A DNA stretch of 64,000 nucleotides. Source: Macrostomum lignano. Lineage: Eukaryota. Below the pieces are notes generated by a model. The model was given only the letters and a program-made list of their open reading frames with translations. It had not been told where the DNA came from and did not search any database. The stretch lies in assembly GCA_002269645.1 (NCBI GenBank), contig NIVC01000637.1:62001-126000 (forward strand). Reading direction: 5' to 3'. Each line of letters opens with the position of its first letter. The first letter of the stretch is position 1. This document shows positions 11,759 through 24,800 of the stretch, in pieces. The position numbers were made by a program, and so were the translations under genes.

Positions 11759-14700
11759 TCACTTGATGAGCCCCAGCCTGCGCCTCATCTCATCGAAGGT
11801 GGCGTAGGAGATGCTGACGGCGGGGATCACCTTCAGCATGTTCGGCCCCATGCCACGGTAGAGGCCGCGGACGCCCTCCCGCTTGAGGATGTCGGCGAAC
11901 ATGCTGCCGAGGCCGCCGCCGCCGCCGATGCGGGCCTGCAGCTTGGTGCGCACCAGAGCCAGCGGGTAGGTGGCCACCTGGCCACACACGGAGGACACGG
12001 CACCGGCCACCAGGGACACGTAGATGGGCGGGCTGCCGCTCTCGTTGCCGCGCCACTTCTGGTAGGTCTGCTTGAAGGTCTCGTACAGGGCGAGGTCGAT
12101 GCCGGCGTATGGCAGGATGCCCAGCATGTTGGGCACGTAGCCGCGGTAGAAGATGGCCGCTCCGCCCTCCGCGTACACCTTGCGGGCGCAGTCAAACAGC
12201 GATGAGTACTGGCCGGTCTTGCGCAGGCACATCCGCGTCTTCAGCACCTCCAGCGGGTAGATCAGCGTCTGCGCCGTGGCCCCGGCCAGGGCGCCGGCAA
12301 CGAACTTCTCGTGCAGCTGCACCTGGAGGGAAGAGAGGGATAAAGTTTTGCTTCAACAATAGGGACTAACGATTCTCCCAAATGGGGATCTGCCGATTCT
12401 CCCAAATGGGGATCTGCCGATTCTCCCAAATGGGGATCTGCCGATTCTCCCAAATGGGGATCTGCCGATTCTCCCAAATGGGGATCTGCCGATTCTCCCA
12501 AATGGGGATCTGCCGATTCTCCCAAATGGGGATCTGCCGATTCTCCCAAATGGGGATCTGCCGATTCTCCCAAATGGGGATCTGCCGATTCTCCCAAATG
12601 GGGATCTGCCGATTCTACCAAATGGGGATCTGCCGATTCTACTAAATGGGGATCTGCCGATTCTCCCAAATGGGGATCTGCCGATTCTCCCAAATGGGGA
12701 TCTGCCGATTCTACTAAATGGGGATCTGCCGATTCTCCCAAATGGGGATCTGCCGATTCTACCAAATGGGGATCTGCCAATTCTCCCAAATGGGGATTTG
12801 CAGATTCTCCTAAAGGGGATCTGCCGATTCTCCCAAATGGGATCTCCCGATTCTCTAAATGGGGATTTGGGATTTTCCCGAATGGGGATCTGCTGATTCT
12901 TCAAAAATGGGGATCTGCCAATTCCCGCATATAGAGATTTACTGATCCTCCTAAAATGGGATCTAATCAAAAGGCAGCCCTCAAGATAAGTAATTACAAA
13001 TATCCTAAATAGGAGAAAGCAGGATCCAGGTAAGCCTCACCGGTCGCTTTGATTCGCCCACAATCAGGCCCTTGTAGGTCTCGTAGGCCAGGAACTTGAT
13101 GGCGGACTCCGGGGCGATCTTGATGCAGTTGACGCCGTTGCCGCGCCACAGACTGGCCACGCCGCCCTCTGTCACCATGCCGGCGATGCCGCGCCACATC
13201 GAGGCCTTGGCGCCGTGGCTGTCCTTGGAGCCGGCGCTGGCCTGCCAGGCCACCTTCAGGCGGTCCAGCGGCGCCGTGGCGCTGCGGGAAACGGCGCCGG
13301 CCAGGCCGCCGGAGACGAGCGTCTTCCAGGCCACGCCGGACTGCCGCTCCTCCGGTGTGTAATCGTCGGGGATCACGAAGCTCTCGCCGATGTCGAAGCT
13401 GGAGGCTCGGCGCATCAGCATGAAGATCTCATCTACCGAGTGCCGGCCCGTCAGCAGCAGGAAGTCGCGCCACTCCTGCGCGATGGCAGAATTATCCCAT
13501 TATGGTTAGGGTGCGATTGAGGGAGTTGGGAGAATTATCCCATTATGGTTAGGGTGCGATTGAGGGAGTTGGGAGAATTATCCCATTATGGTTAGGGTGC
13601 AATTGAGGGAGTTGGGAGAATTATCCCATTATGATTAGGGTGAGATTGGGGGAGTTGGGAGAATTATCCTATTATGGTTAGGGTGCGATTGAGGGAGTTG
13701 GGAGAATTATCCTATTATGGTTAGGGTGCGATTGAGGGAGTTGGGATAATTATCCCGTTATGATTAGGGTGCGATTGAAGGAGTTGGGAGAATTATCCCA
13801 TTATGATTAGTGTACGACTGAGGGAGTTGGGATAATTATCCCATTATGATTAGGGTGCGATTGAGGGAGTTGGGAGAATTATCCCATTATGGTTAGGGTG
13901 CGATTGAGGGAGTTGGGAGAATTATTCTATTATGATTAGAGTGCGATTGAGGGAGTTGGGAGAATTATCCCATTATGGTTAGGGTGCGATTGAGGGAGTT
14001 GGGATAATTATCCCATTATGATTAGGGTGCGATTGAGGGAGTTGGGATAATTATCCCATTATGATTAGGGTGCGATTGAGGGAGTTGGGATAATTATCCC
14101 ATTATGATTAGGGTGCGATTGGGGGAGTTGGGAGAATTATCCTATTATGGTTAGGGTGCGATTGAGGGAGTTGGGAGAATTATCCCGTTATGATTAGGGT
14201 GTGATTGAAGGAGTTAGGAGAATTGTCCATTATGATCATAGTGCGATCAATGGACTTGGGAGCAGTGATCCCAATCCGAAACAGAACCAAATCAACGGGT
14301 TCGTACCGGTACAACAAAATGAATTTACATCCAAGGAAAAGTATAAAATAAAAGTACATTAAGCAAAATACGAGGGGGCTGCTGGAAGCCAACAGCTATG
14401 ATGAAGGCCTAACAATAAAAATGCGGCGAAGACACAACAGTGACAAGCGGGCAATCAGTGGCTCCGCCACGCCACGTACATGCAGCGTGTGAGCAAGTGG
14501 CAGGTCCAACATCTCTAAAGCGGAGCGGCATACAATGCCAGCAGCCGATATTTAAACGTTATTAATAATAATCTGGGTATTAGCTCACACCATAACACAC
14601 TATTTACCCTTTCCGTAGTCCCGGGTCACTGGGGGCAACCGATGTATCAATGCGACCTGAGCAAACAAGATGGATGGCGGAGTGCGGACAACGCAGAAAT

Positions 14701-15632
14701 ACAGGAATTATTATGAAGCTCAATGCGGATCATCCAGGGCCCGCTGCCTCTCCATGCGGATCATCCAGGGCCCGCTGCCTCTCCATGCGGCTCATGCAGG
14801 GCCCGCTGCCTCTCCATGCGGCTCATCCAGGGCCCGCTGCCTCTCCATGCGGATCATCCAGGGCCCGCTGCCTCTCCATGCGGATCATCCAGGGCCCGCT
14901 GCCGCTCCATGCGGCTCATCCAGGGCCCGCTGCCTCTCCATGCGGCTCATCCAGGGCCCGCTGCCTCTCCATGCGACTCATCCAGGGCCCGCTGCCTCTC
15001 CATGCGGCTCATCCAGGGCCCGCTGCCTCTCCATGCGGCTCATCCAGGGCCCGCTGTCTCTCCATGCGGCTCATCCAGGGCCCGCTGCCTCTCCATGCGG
15101 CTCATCCAGGGCCCGCTGCCTCTCCATGCGACTCATCCAGGGCCCGCTGCCTCTCCATGCGACTCATCCAGGGCCCGAAATGGGCCAGCGCCAGGCCTCA
15201 GCCACTCACCTCATAATTAATGCTCAGTGAGCCGTCCTTGTCGAGTTTGTTGAGCAGCTGCTCAGCCTCTGCTTTGTTGAGCTTGATGCCGAGCTCCAGC
15301 ATGGCCGCCTGGATCTCCTCGGCATCGATGCGGTCGTCCTTGTTCTTGTCCAGCTCCTTGAAGGCCAGACGGAGCCGCCTGTTCTGATCTGTTACGTAAC
15401 GGACGAATTCGTCCATATCGAGGCCCGCGTCCGCGTTCGAGTCGCTGGCCTGGATCACGCGCTCGGCCGCCTCCAGTCGCTTGGCCTCCTGGCCGTACTG
15501 CTGCTTCAGGGCGGCGCTGAGCTCCGAGGCGCTGATGCGGCCGTCGCCGTCCTTGTCCAGCTGCTTGAACAGCCGGGCGATGCGGGCGCGCTCCGCCTCC
15601 GCATTGTAAGGCTTTTTGCCGTCCTTCGACAT
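11759..15632 (-). CDS. SCaMC: Calcium-binding mitochondrial carrier (SCaMC/APC, SLC25A23/24/25 family), about 473 aa
   Basis: Exons 15632-15210, 13475-13041, 12322-11759; all phase 0 with GT-AG. N-terminal EF hands (DKDGDGRIS, DKNKDDRID, DKDGSLSINYEEW). Carrier signatures ATAPLDRLK, IYPLEVLKTR, TYPLALVRTKL. Confidence 0.95.
12375..12960. repeat. 24-bp minisatellite (SCaMC intron 2)
   Basis: TCTCCCAAATGGGGATCTGCCGAT. Confidence 0.95.
13490..14225. repeat. 43-bp minisatellite (SCaMC intron 1)
   Basis: GAGGGAGTTGGGAGAATTATCCCATTATGGTTAGGGTGCGATT. Confidence 0.95.
14722..15177. repeat. 31-bp minisatellite (SCaMC intron 1)
   Basis: TCATCCAGGGCCCGCTGCCTCTCCATGCGGC. Confidence 0.95.
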
Positions 15633-15679
15633 CGGCCCTGAAACATGGATTAGGACAGTGGGATTATCATGGCCAGTTC

Positions 15680-16215
15680 TCAGACTGGGATTCTCATGGG
15701 GAGTACTCAGACTGGGATTCTCATGGGGAGTTCTCAGACTGGGATTCTCATGGGGAGTTCTCAGACTGGGATTCTCATGGGGAGTTCTCAGACTGTGATT
15801 CTCATGGGGAGTTCTCAGACTGGGATTCTCATGGGGAGTTCTCAGACTGGGATGGGGACAGTGGGATTCTCAGACTGGGATGGGGACAGTGGAATTCTCA
15901 GACTGGGATGGGGACACTGGGATTCTCAGACTGGGATGGGGACAGTGGGATTCTCAGACTGGGATGGGGACAGTGGGATTCTCAGACTGGGATGGGGACA
16001 GTGGAATTCTCAGACTGGGATGGGGACACTGGGATTCTCAGACTGGGATGGGGACAGTGGGATTCTCAGACTGGGATGGGGACAGTGGGATTCTCATGGG
16101 GTGCTCAGACTGGGATGGGGACAGTGGGATTCTCATGGGGTGCTCAGACTGGGATGGGGACAGTGGGATTCTCAGACTGGGATGGGGACAGTGGGATTTT
16201 CAGTATGGGATGGGG
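15680..16215. repeat. 22/28-bp minisatellite upstream of the SCaMC ATG
   Basis: CTCAGACTGGGATGGGGACAGTGGGATT and CTCAGACTGGGATTCTCATGGGGAGTT variants. Confidence 0.92.
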
Positions 16216-16861
16216 ACAGTGGTATCATCAAACAGGGATGGAACCGATTGGTATTATTGAAGAATTCCTTAGAATATTGACAAGTGTTCCTCTAAATTCA
16301 AATTTAAAAATAAAAAAGAACAAAACACATATAATCAGAAGGCCCACGGCATCAAAGATTATGTAGAAATTTCGTGTCTCAGAGCAGGCGCAACCACATG
16401 TACTTTTATGTACTTTAAAAAACCGAAGCGCACAGGAGATGCGAAAAATGTGAATAAGCAAACGGAGCCGCTGAATGGCGGGCAGATGGCAGACCCGCAG
16501 CTTGCCCGGTCTCACAGATCGCAAGCTTCTTTTGCAAGCATTTTAATAAAGAGCATAGTGAACTTAATGACAACCGGAGATAGGAAACGTTTTCTAAGAA
16601 ACAATATCCCATATATTTTACTTCTAGGGTTCTTTGAAATGAAACAGCCGGACCAGCTTTCCATCCGGTTGAGAACACAGATACCAGAGTAATCAGATGT
16701 CACTCTGCGCTCATCTACTCTTTAGTAGGCTGAAGATGACAGGAAAACTAAAAAACCCTAACCCAGTGCGTGTGCATAGCGAGCCAGAGAGAAAAGGCGT
16801 GGCGCCCCTGTACCCAGCCAGGCTTTTCGCTTGCACGCGTGTCTGACTTTAACGTCTTTCC

Positions 16862-16980
16862 TCACTGTCCTCTCATTGGCTGAGCTAGATTGGGCCTGCC
16901 CCCTAGGCTGGGTTTCGTCCGTCTAAATCTGACATCTTTCCTTAGTGCCCTCTCATTGGCTGAGCTAGATTGAGGCTGCC
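16862..16980 (-). promoter_or_regulatory. Duplicated CCAAT module, candidate SCaMC promoter
   Basis: CCTCTCATTGGCTGAGCTAGATTG occurs twice about 80 bp apart (AGCCAAT on minus), 1.3 kb upstream of the SCaMC ATG. Confidence 0.4.
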
Positions 16981-17522
16981 CCCGAGGAAGGAAAGGAAAT
17001 TTTAGCTGCCAGATTAAATTAAAGTGACAAAACGCAGACAAACTACTGATAAGAGTAGACGCTTCGCTTTTTTACATCTTTAATTGTGGATGACACACCT
17101 GGTTATTCCAGTATCTGCGGCTGAGAGAGAAAAAGGGGTACAAAAAGGTGGAAAATGCAATAGATCCCGGACCCGACTGTGAATTGAACCATTTAACTTT
17201 AAATCTGGGACTATGGGGAGTAAATTGCTGCGCGCACTACTGATCAGTAGTGTGACAAAGTCAACAATACTTTATATTTAAGTTTAAATTGCTTTGACTC
17301 ACACAAACAAACAAAACATTTACGTAATAGTATTACGCAATACAAAATAATTGTCGTTTATTATAAATTAGTAACTATGTTAATCCTTGAAAGCTGCTAA
17401 ATTGAATTGATCTGGATAGTAGCGGATCTGGGAGGCCGAACGGCTGTGCCTATATACTACTTAAGTCTGGGATGGAAAATAAAGCAGATAGTAGCAGAAT
17501 GCTAAAATTGGCAAAGCGCCAA

Positions 17523-19175
17523 TCAAAACAGTTTGCCGCCGTAGCCGAAGGTCTGCTTGATAGCCCTGAAGTAGTGCTCCTGCCAGCTGTTGCGGGTGAA
17601 CTCCACCTCCTTCTCCGGCACCTGCGTCTGCACCAGCTCCAGTTGGGTGCCGCCGTCACTTGGCCGGAAGTTCAGCTCGCAAATCGAATGGTGGCCGGCC
17701 GGCCACTTCCGGTGGCGCCAGCGCATCACCAGGCGGTCGGGTGGCAGCTGGAGTGAGGGGTGAGTATGAAGGTCAATGCTGACTTATAGTTTGCGTGCTA
17801 CTTATTGCTACCACAGGTAACCGCGAGTTCGAGTCCTAACTTTGGCACACAGAAACTCACAGATATCCCTGTACTGAATTTACTAAAATATCCCTGGCGT
17901 CAGGCAGGTCGCCGTGCACTCACCAGCTCGTCGAAGAAGCCGGTGATGGAGCCGTCGCAGAGGCTGAACTCGCCGCCCTCCCGAGCATCGGCGGTGGCGC
18001 GGGCGCGGACAAAGGCGGCCAGCAGGTGCTCCTGGGTGAACACGCGAAACAGGTCTTCGGGGGCGCAGAAGAACTCCTCCTTGAAGGTCAGCTTCTTGGT
18101 GGCCAGGCGGGCGCCAGAGGAATCGGCTGAGCCGGACGGAGCCTTGGGGCCGTCGCTGCCCGCGATGACGGTGCGGTCGCGAGTCACCGTGGAGGCGGCC
18201 GGGGCTGCGGCGTTGGAGGTGGCCGGCGCCGGCTTTCCGGTGTCGCCTTTGGTGGGCAGAATCAGGTTCTGGCGGGGGAGGGGGTGAGCTTTGTGTGAGG
18301 TTAGAAAATATACGAGTATGCTGCTGGCGGACTGGGTCTTCAGACACACGGCAGTGCCAGCAGACTGGGTCCTCAGACACACGGCAGTGCCAGCAGACTG
18401 GGTCCTCAGACACACGGCAGTGCCAGCAGACTGGGTCCTCAGACACACGGCAGTGCCAGCAGACTGGGTCCTCAGACACACGGCAGTGCCAGCAGACTGG
18501 GTCCTCAGACACACGGCAGTGCCAGCAGACTGGGTCCTCAGACACACGGCAGTGCCAGCAGACTGGGTCCTCAGACACACCTAAGTGCCAGCAGACTGGG
18601 TCCTCAGACACACGGGACGGCAGTGCCAGCAGACTGGGTCCTCAGACACACCTAAGTGCCAGCAGCGCAGAGCTCACCTGGGAGAACTCGGTCCGCAGCT
18701 GGTCGATGTACATCCCCAGTTGGGTCTGCAGCCGAGGCACAGCCACCCGGCGCACCAGCTCCTTCAGCTTGAAGGCATCGTTAGAGCTGGACTCCACCGA
18801 CACGTCCATGTCGATCTCGCTGGCGCTGTTCTCCTCTGACAGGTTGATGACCTCGACCTTGCCCTTGAACTTGGTCTTGTTGTCGCAGCCCAGCAGCTGG
18901 CCCTCCCAGTCCAGCGTGATGGTCCATTCGTAGAAGAAAATCAGCTTGGCCTTGCGGTTATTCGCCGTGGCCTCGCCGTCGCACTTGGGCATGTCGGACA
19001 CCCGGAACTCGAAGCTGCCGGCCTCGTTGACCTTGAAGCCCACCAGCAGCTCGCGCAGTTTGTCCTTGGACCACTGGGTGGCGTTCTTCTCCGTCCAGTG
19101 CCAGTTGTTGACATTCTTGGCGTCTGCCCGCTCCTCCACTATCCAGCGCGGATCGCCTTCGCCCCACTTGGCCAT
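17523..19175 (-). CDS. AHSA1: Activator of Hsp90 ATPase 1 (Aha1), about 355 aa
   Basis: Exons 19175-18678, 18268-17924, 17747-17523; phase 0, GT-AG. Starts MAKWGEGDPRWIVEERADAKNVNNWHWTEKNA and ends YFRAIKQTFGYGGKLF. Confidence 0.97.
18325..18665. repeat. 33-bp minisatellite (AHSA1 intron 1)
   Basis: GACTGGGTCCTCAGACACACGGCAGTGCCAGCA. Confidence 0.95.
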
Positions 19176-19739
19176 GGCAGAGTCAGAGCTGCTGCAATTC
19201 ATATATAAAATATGATTGAGCTTAAGTTGATAGGCCCTTTCTCCATGAGCCTTGGTATCTTAGCAATTCCCCAATGAATATTTTGTTTGACATAATGCTT
19301 CTCTTTATGTTTGATGTGGCACTTATTTCATGTTAAAAATGACACTTCTTTTATTTTTGACATGACACTGCTTTTATGGTTGATATGGCATTTTTCTTAC
19401 ATTTGACATGATATTTCTATAATGGTTAATATTAAATTAAATGTTTGATATTTGTTTATATGTTTAACATGATGCTTTGTTTAATATTTGATATCTAGCA
19501 ATCTTTGTTTGAGATTTCTTCAGTTTAAAAAAGCTTGTAGTAAAACATTTACACAATAAAAATCTGAATGTATGTTACTGTATTAGTAGTTCAAATCATT
19601 TGTATCTAGGCTAGCTTTTATCAAATCAATTACATGAATTATAGTACTTATAATTCAATATTCACATAAGTTGGTTAGAATAAGAATCATAAGAAAGTTT
19701 TATAATCAATTTGCTGTCAGTCAGTATCAGTAGTATCTT

Positions 19740-19977
19740 TTTTTTATTAGAGGCAGGGGGGTTGTGTGTACCCTGGCGCACTTTAAGCGACATAGGCACA
19801 CAACCGGCGAGGGGCATTACTGCCCATTCCGCTGACTCCCCTGAGCAGGCATACAAACATGCGGATATGTACGCAGGCACACTCACACAGGAGTGTATAG
19901 CAGCCCTAACTTTATATTTATTGTTAGGCATGTACACTTCACTACGCCTTGGGGGGTTGGCTCTCAAGGCCGTTAAT
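19740..19977 (-). mobile_element. SINE body and 3' end (same family)
   Basis: Reverse complement aligns by eye to 47390-47603 (TACATGCCTAAC, CACTCCTGTGTGAG, GCCTGCTCAGGGGAGTCAGCGGAATG, AAAGTGCGCCAGGGT, CTGCCTCTAATAAAAA). Confidence 0.7.
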
Positions 19978-19979
19978 TG

Positions 19980-21231
19980 CAGGTTCTCACAAAATTTGAC
20001 ACGATACTTCCCCTACATGTTCATAACAGCTGTGCAAAATTTCAGCTTGATTGGCTAAAATTCTGCAACGCAGTGGCCAAAGAAGCAGTGAAACTCCACA
20101 GGTTGCGCTGAGTCTCACTGATCAAGATAGATGAGTCACAATTCTCATCCAATTTCATCTTGGCCAGTCTGCTTCTAAGTGCATGCAAATGCTTCAAGTG
20201 GCCCTTGGCGATGAAGCCCCATCTCTGACGATGGTCCACAAGTGGTTCGCTCACTTTTGCTATGGCTCCATGTCTCTGGATGATGATGGCCAGGAAGGTC
20301 ATCTAAATGTGGCCATTACTAACATGACTATGGTCGCTGTCCAGAGGCTGCTGGACAAGAATAAATGTGTAACAGTTTGAGAGCTTGAGAAAAAAGTGAG
20401 GATTTCAGATTCAAGCATCATTTCTATCTTACACAATCACCTCGGCATGAGGAAGGTGTCCACATGCTGGGTCCCCTACCACCTAGACCCAAACTAGATG
20501 TGGGCTCGGGTCGAGTTCTCAAGCTTTATGCTCAAAAAGTTCAATGCAGGAGCTTCAAAACTGGTAGATAACATCATCACTGGTGATGAAACCTGGGTTT
20601 ACTTTTATGATCCAGAAACCAAAGAGCAAAGCTGGCAGTGGATCGCAAGAGAAAAGGATGTGCCTGCCAAGTTTCGTTGCAAGTGAAGCATTGGGAAAAT
20701 CATGGCGGCAGTTTTCTTTAAACAATGCAGCATTCTGCCACTTGTGCTGCTTGAAGATAGTGCCATAGTGACTGATGAATAGTACTCAACCATCTATCTA
20801 CTGCAAGTGCTCAAAAGTCTTGCTCAGCAGCATCTAGAGACGAGAGAATGTGAGATTCTGCTGCATCATGACAATGAACCTGCACATTGCGCCAAGATGA
20901 CCTAGCAGTTTTTCTAGTTAACTTAGCTAACGCTGCTGCCACATCTGGCTTATTCACTAGACCTTGCACTTTGACTTTTTCCTCTCCTAGGATCAAGAAG
21001 AACTTGAAGGGAAAGCAATTCGGTTGCTATTATGAGCTAGAAACACACTGAGAACTGAGTTGGAGAGTGTCTCATAGCTGGAATTGAGACATTGTTTTGA
21101 AGCTTGTTTCATCACAGGCTAGAAATTATATTGAGAAATGTCATTAGGTTAATGCTTATGCAGGTAAAATTTTGGGCAAATTGGATGAGCAGAAATGGGA
21201 TTTTCTATGAACTTATTAAGCAGCCCTCATA
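19980..21231 (+). mobile_element. Mariner DNA transposon, degenerate
   Basis: Interrupted transposase: LGDEAPSLTMVHKWF, RKVSTCWVPYHL, IITGDETWVYFYDPETKEQS, LLHHDNEPAH, HLAYSLDLA. A 3' TIR-like CTTATTAAGCAGCCCTCA + TA lies at 21212-21231; no 5' TIR was found. Confidence 0.9.
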
Positions 21232-22106
21232 TAGTAGGCCTATAATATCTTAGTGTAGTCTATATGACTTTAGGACAATATTTAGTTAGTCTTATTCTGC
21301 TTGTATATATCTATGTATCTTGAAATTAAACAAGAAATAAAAACAATATTGATTGACAGTTTGATAGAGTAATTAAGTCTAAATCATAAAGCTTGTCACC
21401 CATCATGTCTATGAATTTAGAATTTTGATTAAATATAATTGTCAAATCTATCATATAGAAAAATATGCATCTTCATTTTTTACCTATATTAACTGTGGGC
21501 CTATTTGTAGATGACAAATTTGACTGCACCCAATTTTTCCTCTTGTCTTGCCATGGTATTTTAGTATGTATTATGTAATGTAAGATTGTAAGTAGAAATG
21601 TTCAAATGTGAAATGTAGAATTAGAAAAAGTAGAATATAAGCAGAAGTAGGCCATCACCATCATGGTAAACAGTGTATTAGACACTACGTTGACCTGCAA
21701 TGCTAGTATATGCCATGCTGGTAAAACAAGAACCACGCCTATGTTTATAAAGCTTACAGATAACTGCAGAATAAGCCAAGTCTTAGCATCATCAGGCCTT
21801 TTCATATTGCTTGTTCTGGTTCTAGAACCAGATCCAATTTGTAAAGTATAACTTTTTGTCTCCTAAACTAAAGGGATACAAGTGCTTTAAAGTTGTTCAA
21901 AGACTTCAATAGTAGATAACTGCCTGCAGAAGACTGCCGGATCCATAGCCATTAGAAAACAGGTTCCGGTGCCGGAACTCTAGCCATTACCTTAGACTTA
22001 GAGGTAGGGGCATTTAAGTTGTGATTATTGAATGGCAATAGCCAAGAAGAAAGTGAAAAATTGTGAGGCAGTTAAGGCAGTCAAATAATTCAACAAAGTT
22101 AAATAG

Positions 22107-22390
22107 TTCCGTTCAGAAAATTAGGATTCTATGTTAATTTTTTATTCTACGTATATTTCCTGTATCTAAAAATCACAAAAATGCATGACACAGCTCTAAT
22201 ATTTGGTTTTATGAATCTATTTTATCATCTATGTTACGACTATTTGCTATACAGTCAGGTAAGAAGGATAAAATAGACTCATAAAATGAAAGAGCCAAGC
22301 CGTGGCATTCTAATGTATTTCAAGCACAAGACACATGAAAATAAACGTAGAATAAAAAATTAACATAGAATCCTAATTTTCTGAACGGAA
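22107..22390. repeat. Perfect 46-bp inverted repeat (foldback/MITE-like)
   Basis: 22107-22152 is the exact reverse complement of 22345-22390. Confidence 0.85.
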
Positions 22391-23189
22391 AGCTTTATAA
22401 ATATCGATAGAGCAATAAAAAAGGCACAACATATCAAAAGATCAACACTGGATCTGCCTCCTATCAAAAGTTATAGCAATTTTTGTGCTGAAAAAATGAA
22501 AATTTCCTATCTCCGCAGTGTATTTTTTCGGGAAAAAGTGCCTTCAAAAATTTTCTAAGAAACGAGGTTTCCCGTCCTTCTACTTAAGTCGTCCTTGATT
22601 AAGATGTGTAGATTGTTATATTTATTTATATATTATTTATTAAATAGTCATCCATTACATCCAATTGCATACAACCATTCTGCACCGCACAAACCAGCCC
22701 ACAGGAATGGTGCGAAGTTTTAATTTATGAAATTACATTTTTGTTTAAAACAAAAATTCTATGCAAAGCTATAAAATTTATTTTGGATTTGCCACTTGTA
22801 GCAATTTATTCGTCACTTTGTCTTTGAGTTCAGTTTACCAGAACTCAAGGACGACGACTTCGATAAGGAAGCGCCGTTCGTATATTCTGAAGGTTTTTGT
22901 CGGCCAGTTAATAGATTAAAAACGCAACTAGCAAGATTGACAGAAGTCCCCCGGTCCATTTTTGAAAAAATGTTTATTTTGAATAGTTGCAGCCATGTAC
23001 CTGTTCAGAAAAATATTTTTGCAATAATGATTACAGGGCGCAAGTGCTAAGATCTTAATCTCATTTATATTATTTGTTCTAACTGAGGTTTTGCCGTGTC
23101 AACATGTTCTTCGTTTTTTATTTTCTACACAGTAAATGTTGCTATGCATTTAATTAGTACATTCGCTGTTGAACTGGGCGGGGTTGAAC

Positions 23190-23278
23190 TGCTGGCGCCC
23201 CTGGTGCTGGCGCCCCTGGTGCTGGCACCCCTGGTGCTAGCGCCCCTGGTGCTGGCGCCCCTGGTGCTGGCGCCCCTG
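23190..23278. repeat. 15-bp minisatellite
   Basis: GCTGGCGCCCCTGGT. Confidence 0.9.
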
Positions 23279-24084
23279 TTGCTGGCGCCCCTGGTGCTGG
23301 CGCCCCTGGTGCTGGCGCCACAGTGCCAACAACCAAAAGCCACAGAAATATTATAAACAAAATAATGGCTGCTGATCATACATGTTCACGTTCCAGCCAA
23401 GCTAAAAATGCTCGCTTTTCTCTTTGAATACTACTATCAATAGCATTAGTCAATATTAGGTTATATAATGTGAATTACTTACCGATATTTTCATTGCGTT
23501 TATTAAACGAGCAGCTCTCCCAGATTACATACTGATATAATTTAATGAATAGAAATTTTTGCCCAGCAAATGCGCTCAAATTCGCCGCACTTTACGAGCC
23601 ACTTGCACGGAAGAGGAAATTCTCAATGCGGCTTGCAATAAAAAATATGCTGCTCTTTGGTGCTTTCGGCTTCCGTTTTTGGAGCAGCTCATGAATAAAT
23701 AACAGCAGGTTTGTCAGCCAACCGCTCCCTCAGTCCTACAGAGGCTCAAAAATGTCCAATTAGATGGTGCTGTAAAAATTGTTGTAAATTTTCCGCTGCG
23801 GAGTCTGTTGCTTTTTTTAAAATGCTGTCTTGATTAGGGACTGCCTTCCCCAGCAGAAAACACCCAGTTGCAGGGCTGGAATGCAAACAGATTCCTGCCG
23901 ACTGCAGCGGGTGGTTGGGCCAAGGAGATCTTGAACCAAATCACCCGGAGTGCCCAGTCTTCACCCGCAAGGCCCCCTTATTCAAGACCCCGTTAAAGCT
24001 GACTGCAGAGAGTAGTCGTAGAACTCCGGACCAAAGTGACGGCAATTGATAGACGATTAAGCAAACGGTTGGTGACGCAGTGGT

Positions 24085-24800
24085 TGAGACTGTGATGCAG
24101 GTTGAGGTTGTGGTGCAGGAGCAGGTTGAGGCTGTGGTGCAGGTTGAGGTTGTGGTGCAGGAGCAGGTTGAGGCTGTGGTGCAGATCGAGGTTGTGGTGC
24201 AGGAGCAGGTTGAGGCTGTGGTGCAGGTTGAGGTTGTGGTGCAGGAGCAGGTTGAGGCTGTGGTGCAGGTTGAGGTTGTGGTGCAGGAGCAGCTTGAGGT
24301 TGTGGTGCAGGTGGTTGAGGCTGTGGTGCAGGTGGTTGAGGCTGTGGTGCAGGTCGAGGTTGTGGTGCAGGAGCAGGTTGAGGCTGTGGTGCAGGTTGAG
24401 GTTGTGGTGCAGGAGCAGGTTGAGGTTGTGGTGCAGGTGGTTGAGGCTGTGGTGCAGGTGGTTGAGGTTGTGGTGCAGTGCAGGTTGAGGCTGTGGTGCA
24501 GGTTGAGGTTGTGGTGCAGGTGGTTGAGGCTGTGGTGCAGGTTGAGGTTGTAGTGCAGGAGCAGGTTGAGGCTGTGGTGCAGGTGGTTGAGGCTGTGGTG
24601 CAGGTGGTTGAGGCTGTGGTGCAGGTTGAGGTTGTGGTGCAGGAGCAGGTTGAGGCTGTGGTGCAGGTGGTTGAGGCTGTGGTGCAGGTGGTTGAGGCTG
24701 TGGTGCGGGTGCAGGTGGTTGAGGCTGTGGTGCAGGTGGTTGAGGCTGTGGTGCAGGTGGTTGAGGCTGTGGTGCGGGTGGTTGAGGCTGTCGTGCAGGT
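24085..24800. repeat. Degenerate GTTGAGGCTGTGGTGCAG repeat
   Basis: Reads partly as (PQPQP)n on the minus strand. Confidence 0.9.

Noticed and set aside
14365-14395. TACGAGGGGG mariner-like TIR start
   Set aside because: No partner TIR or transposase sequence nearby.
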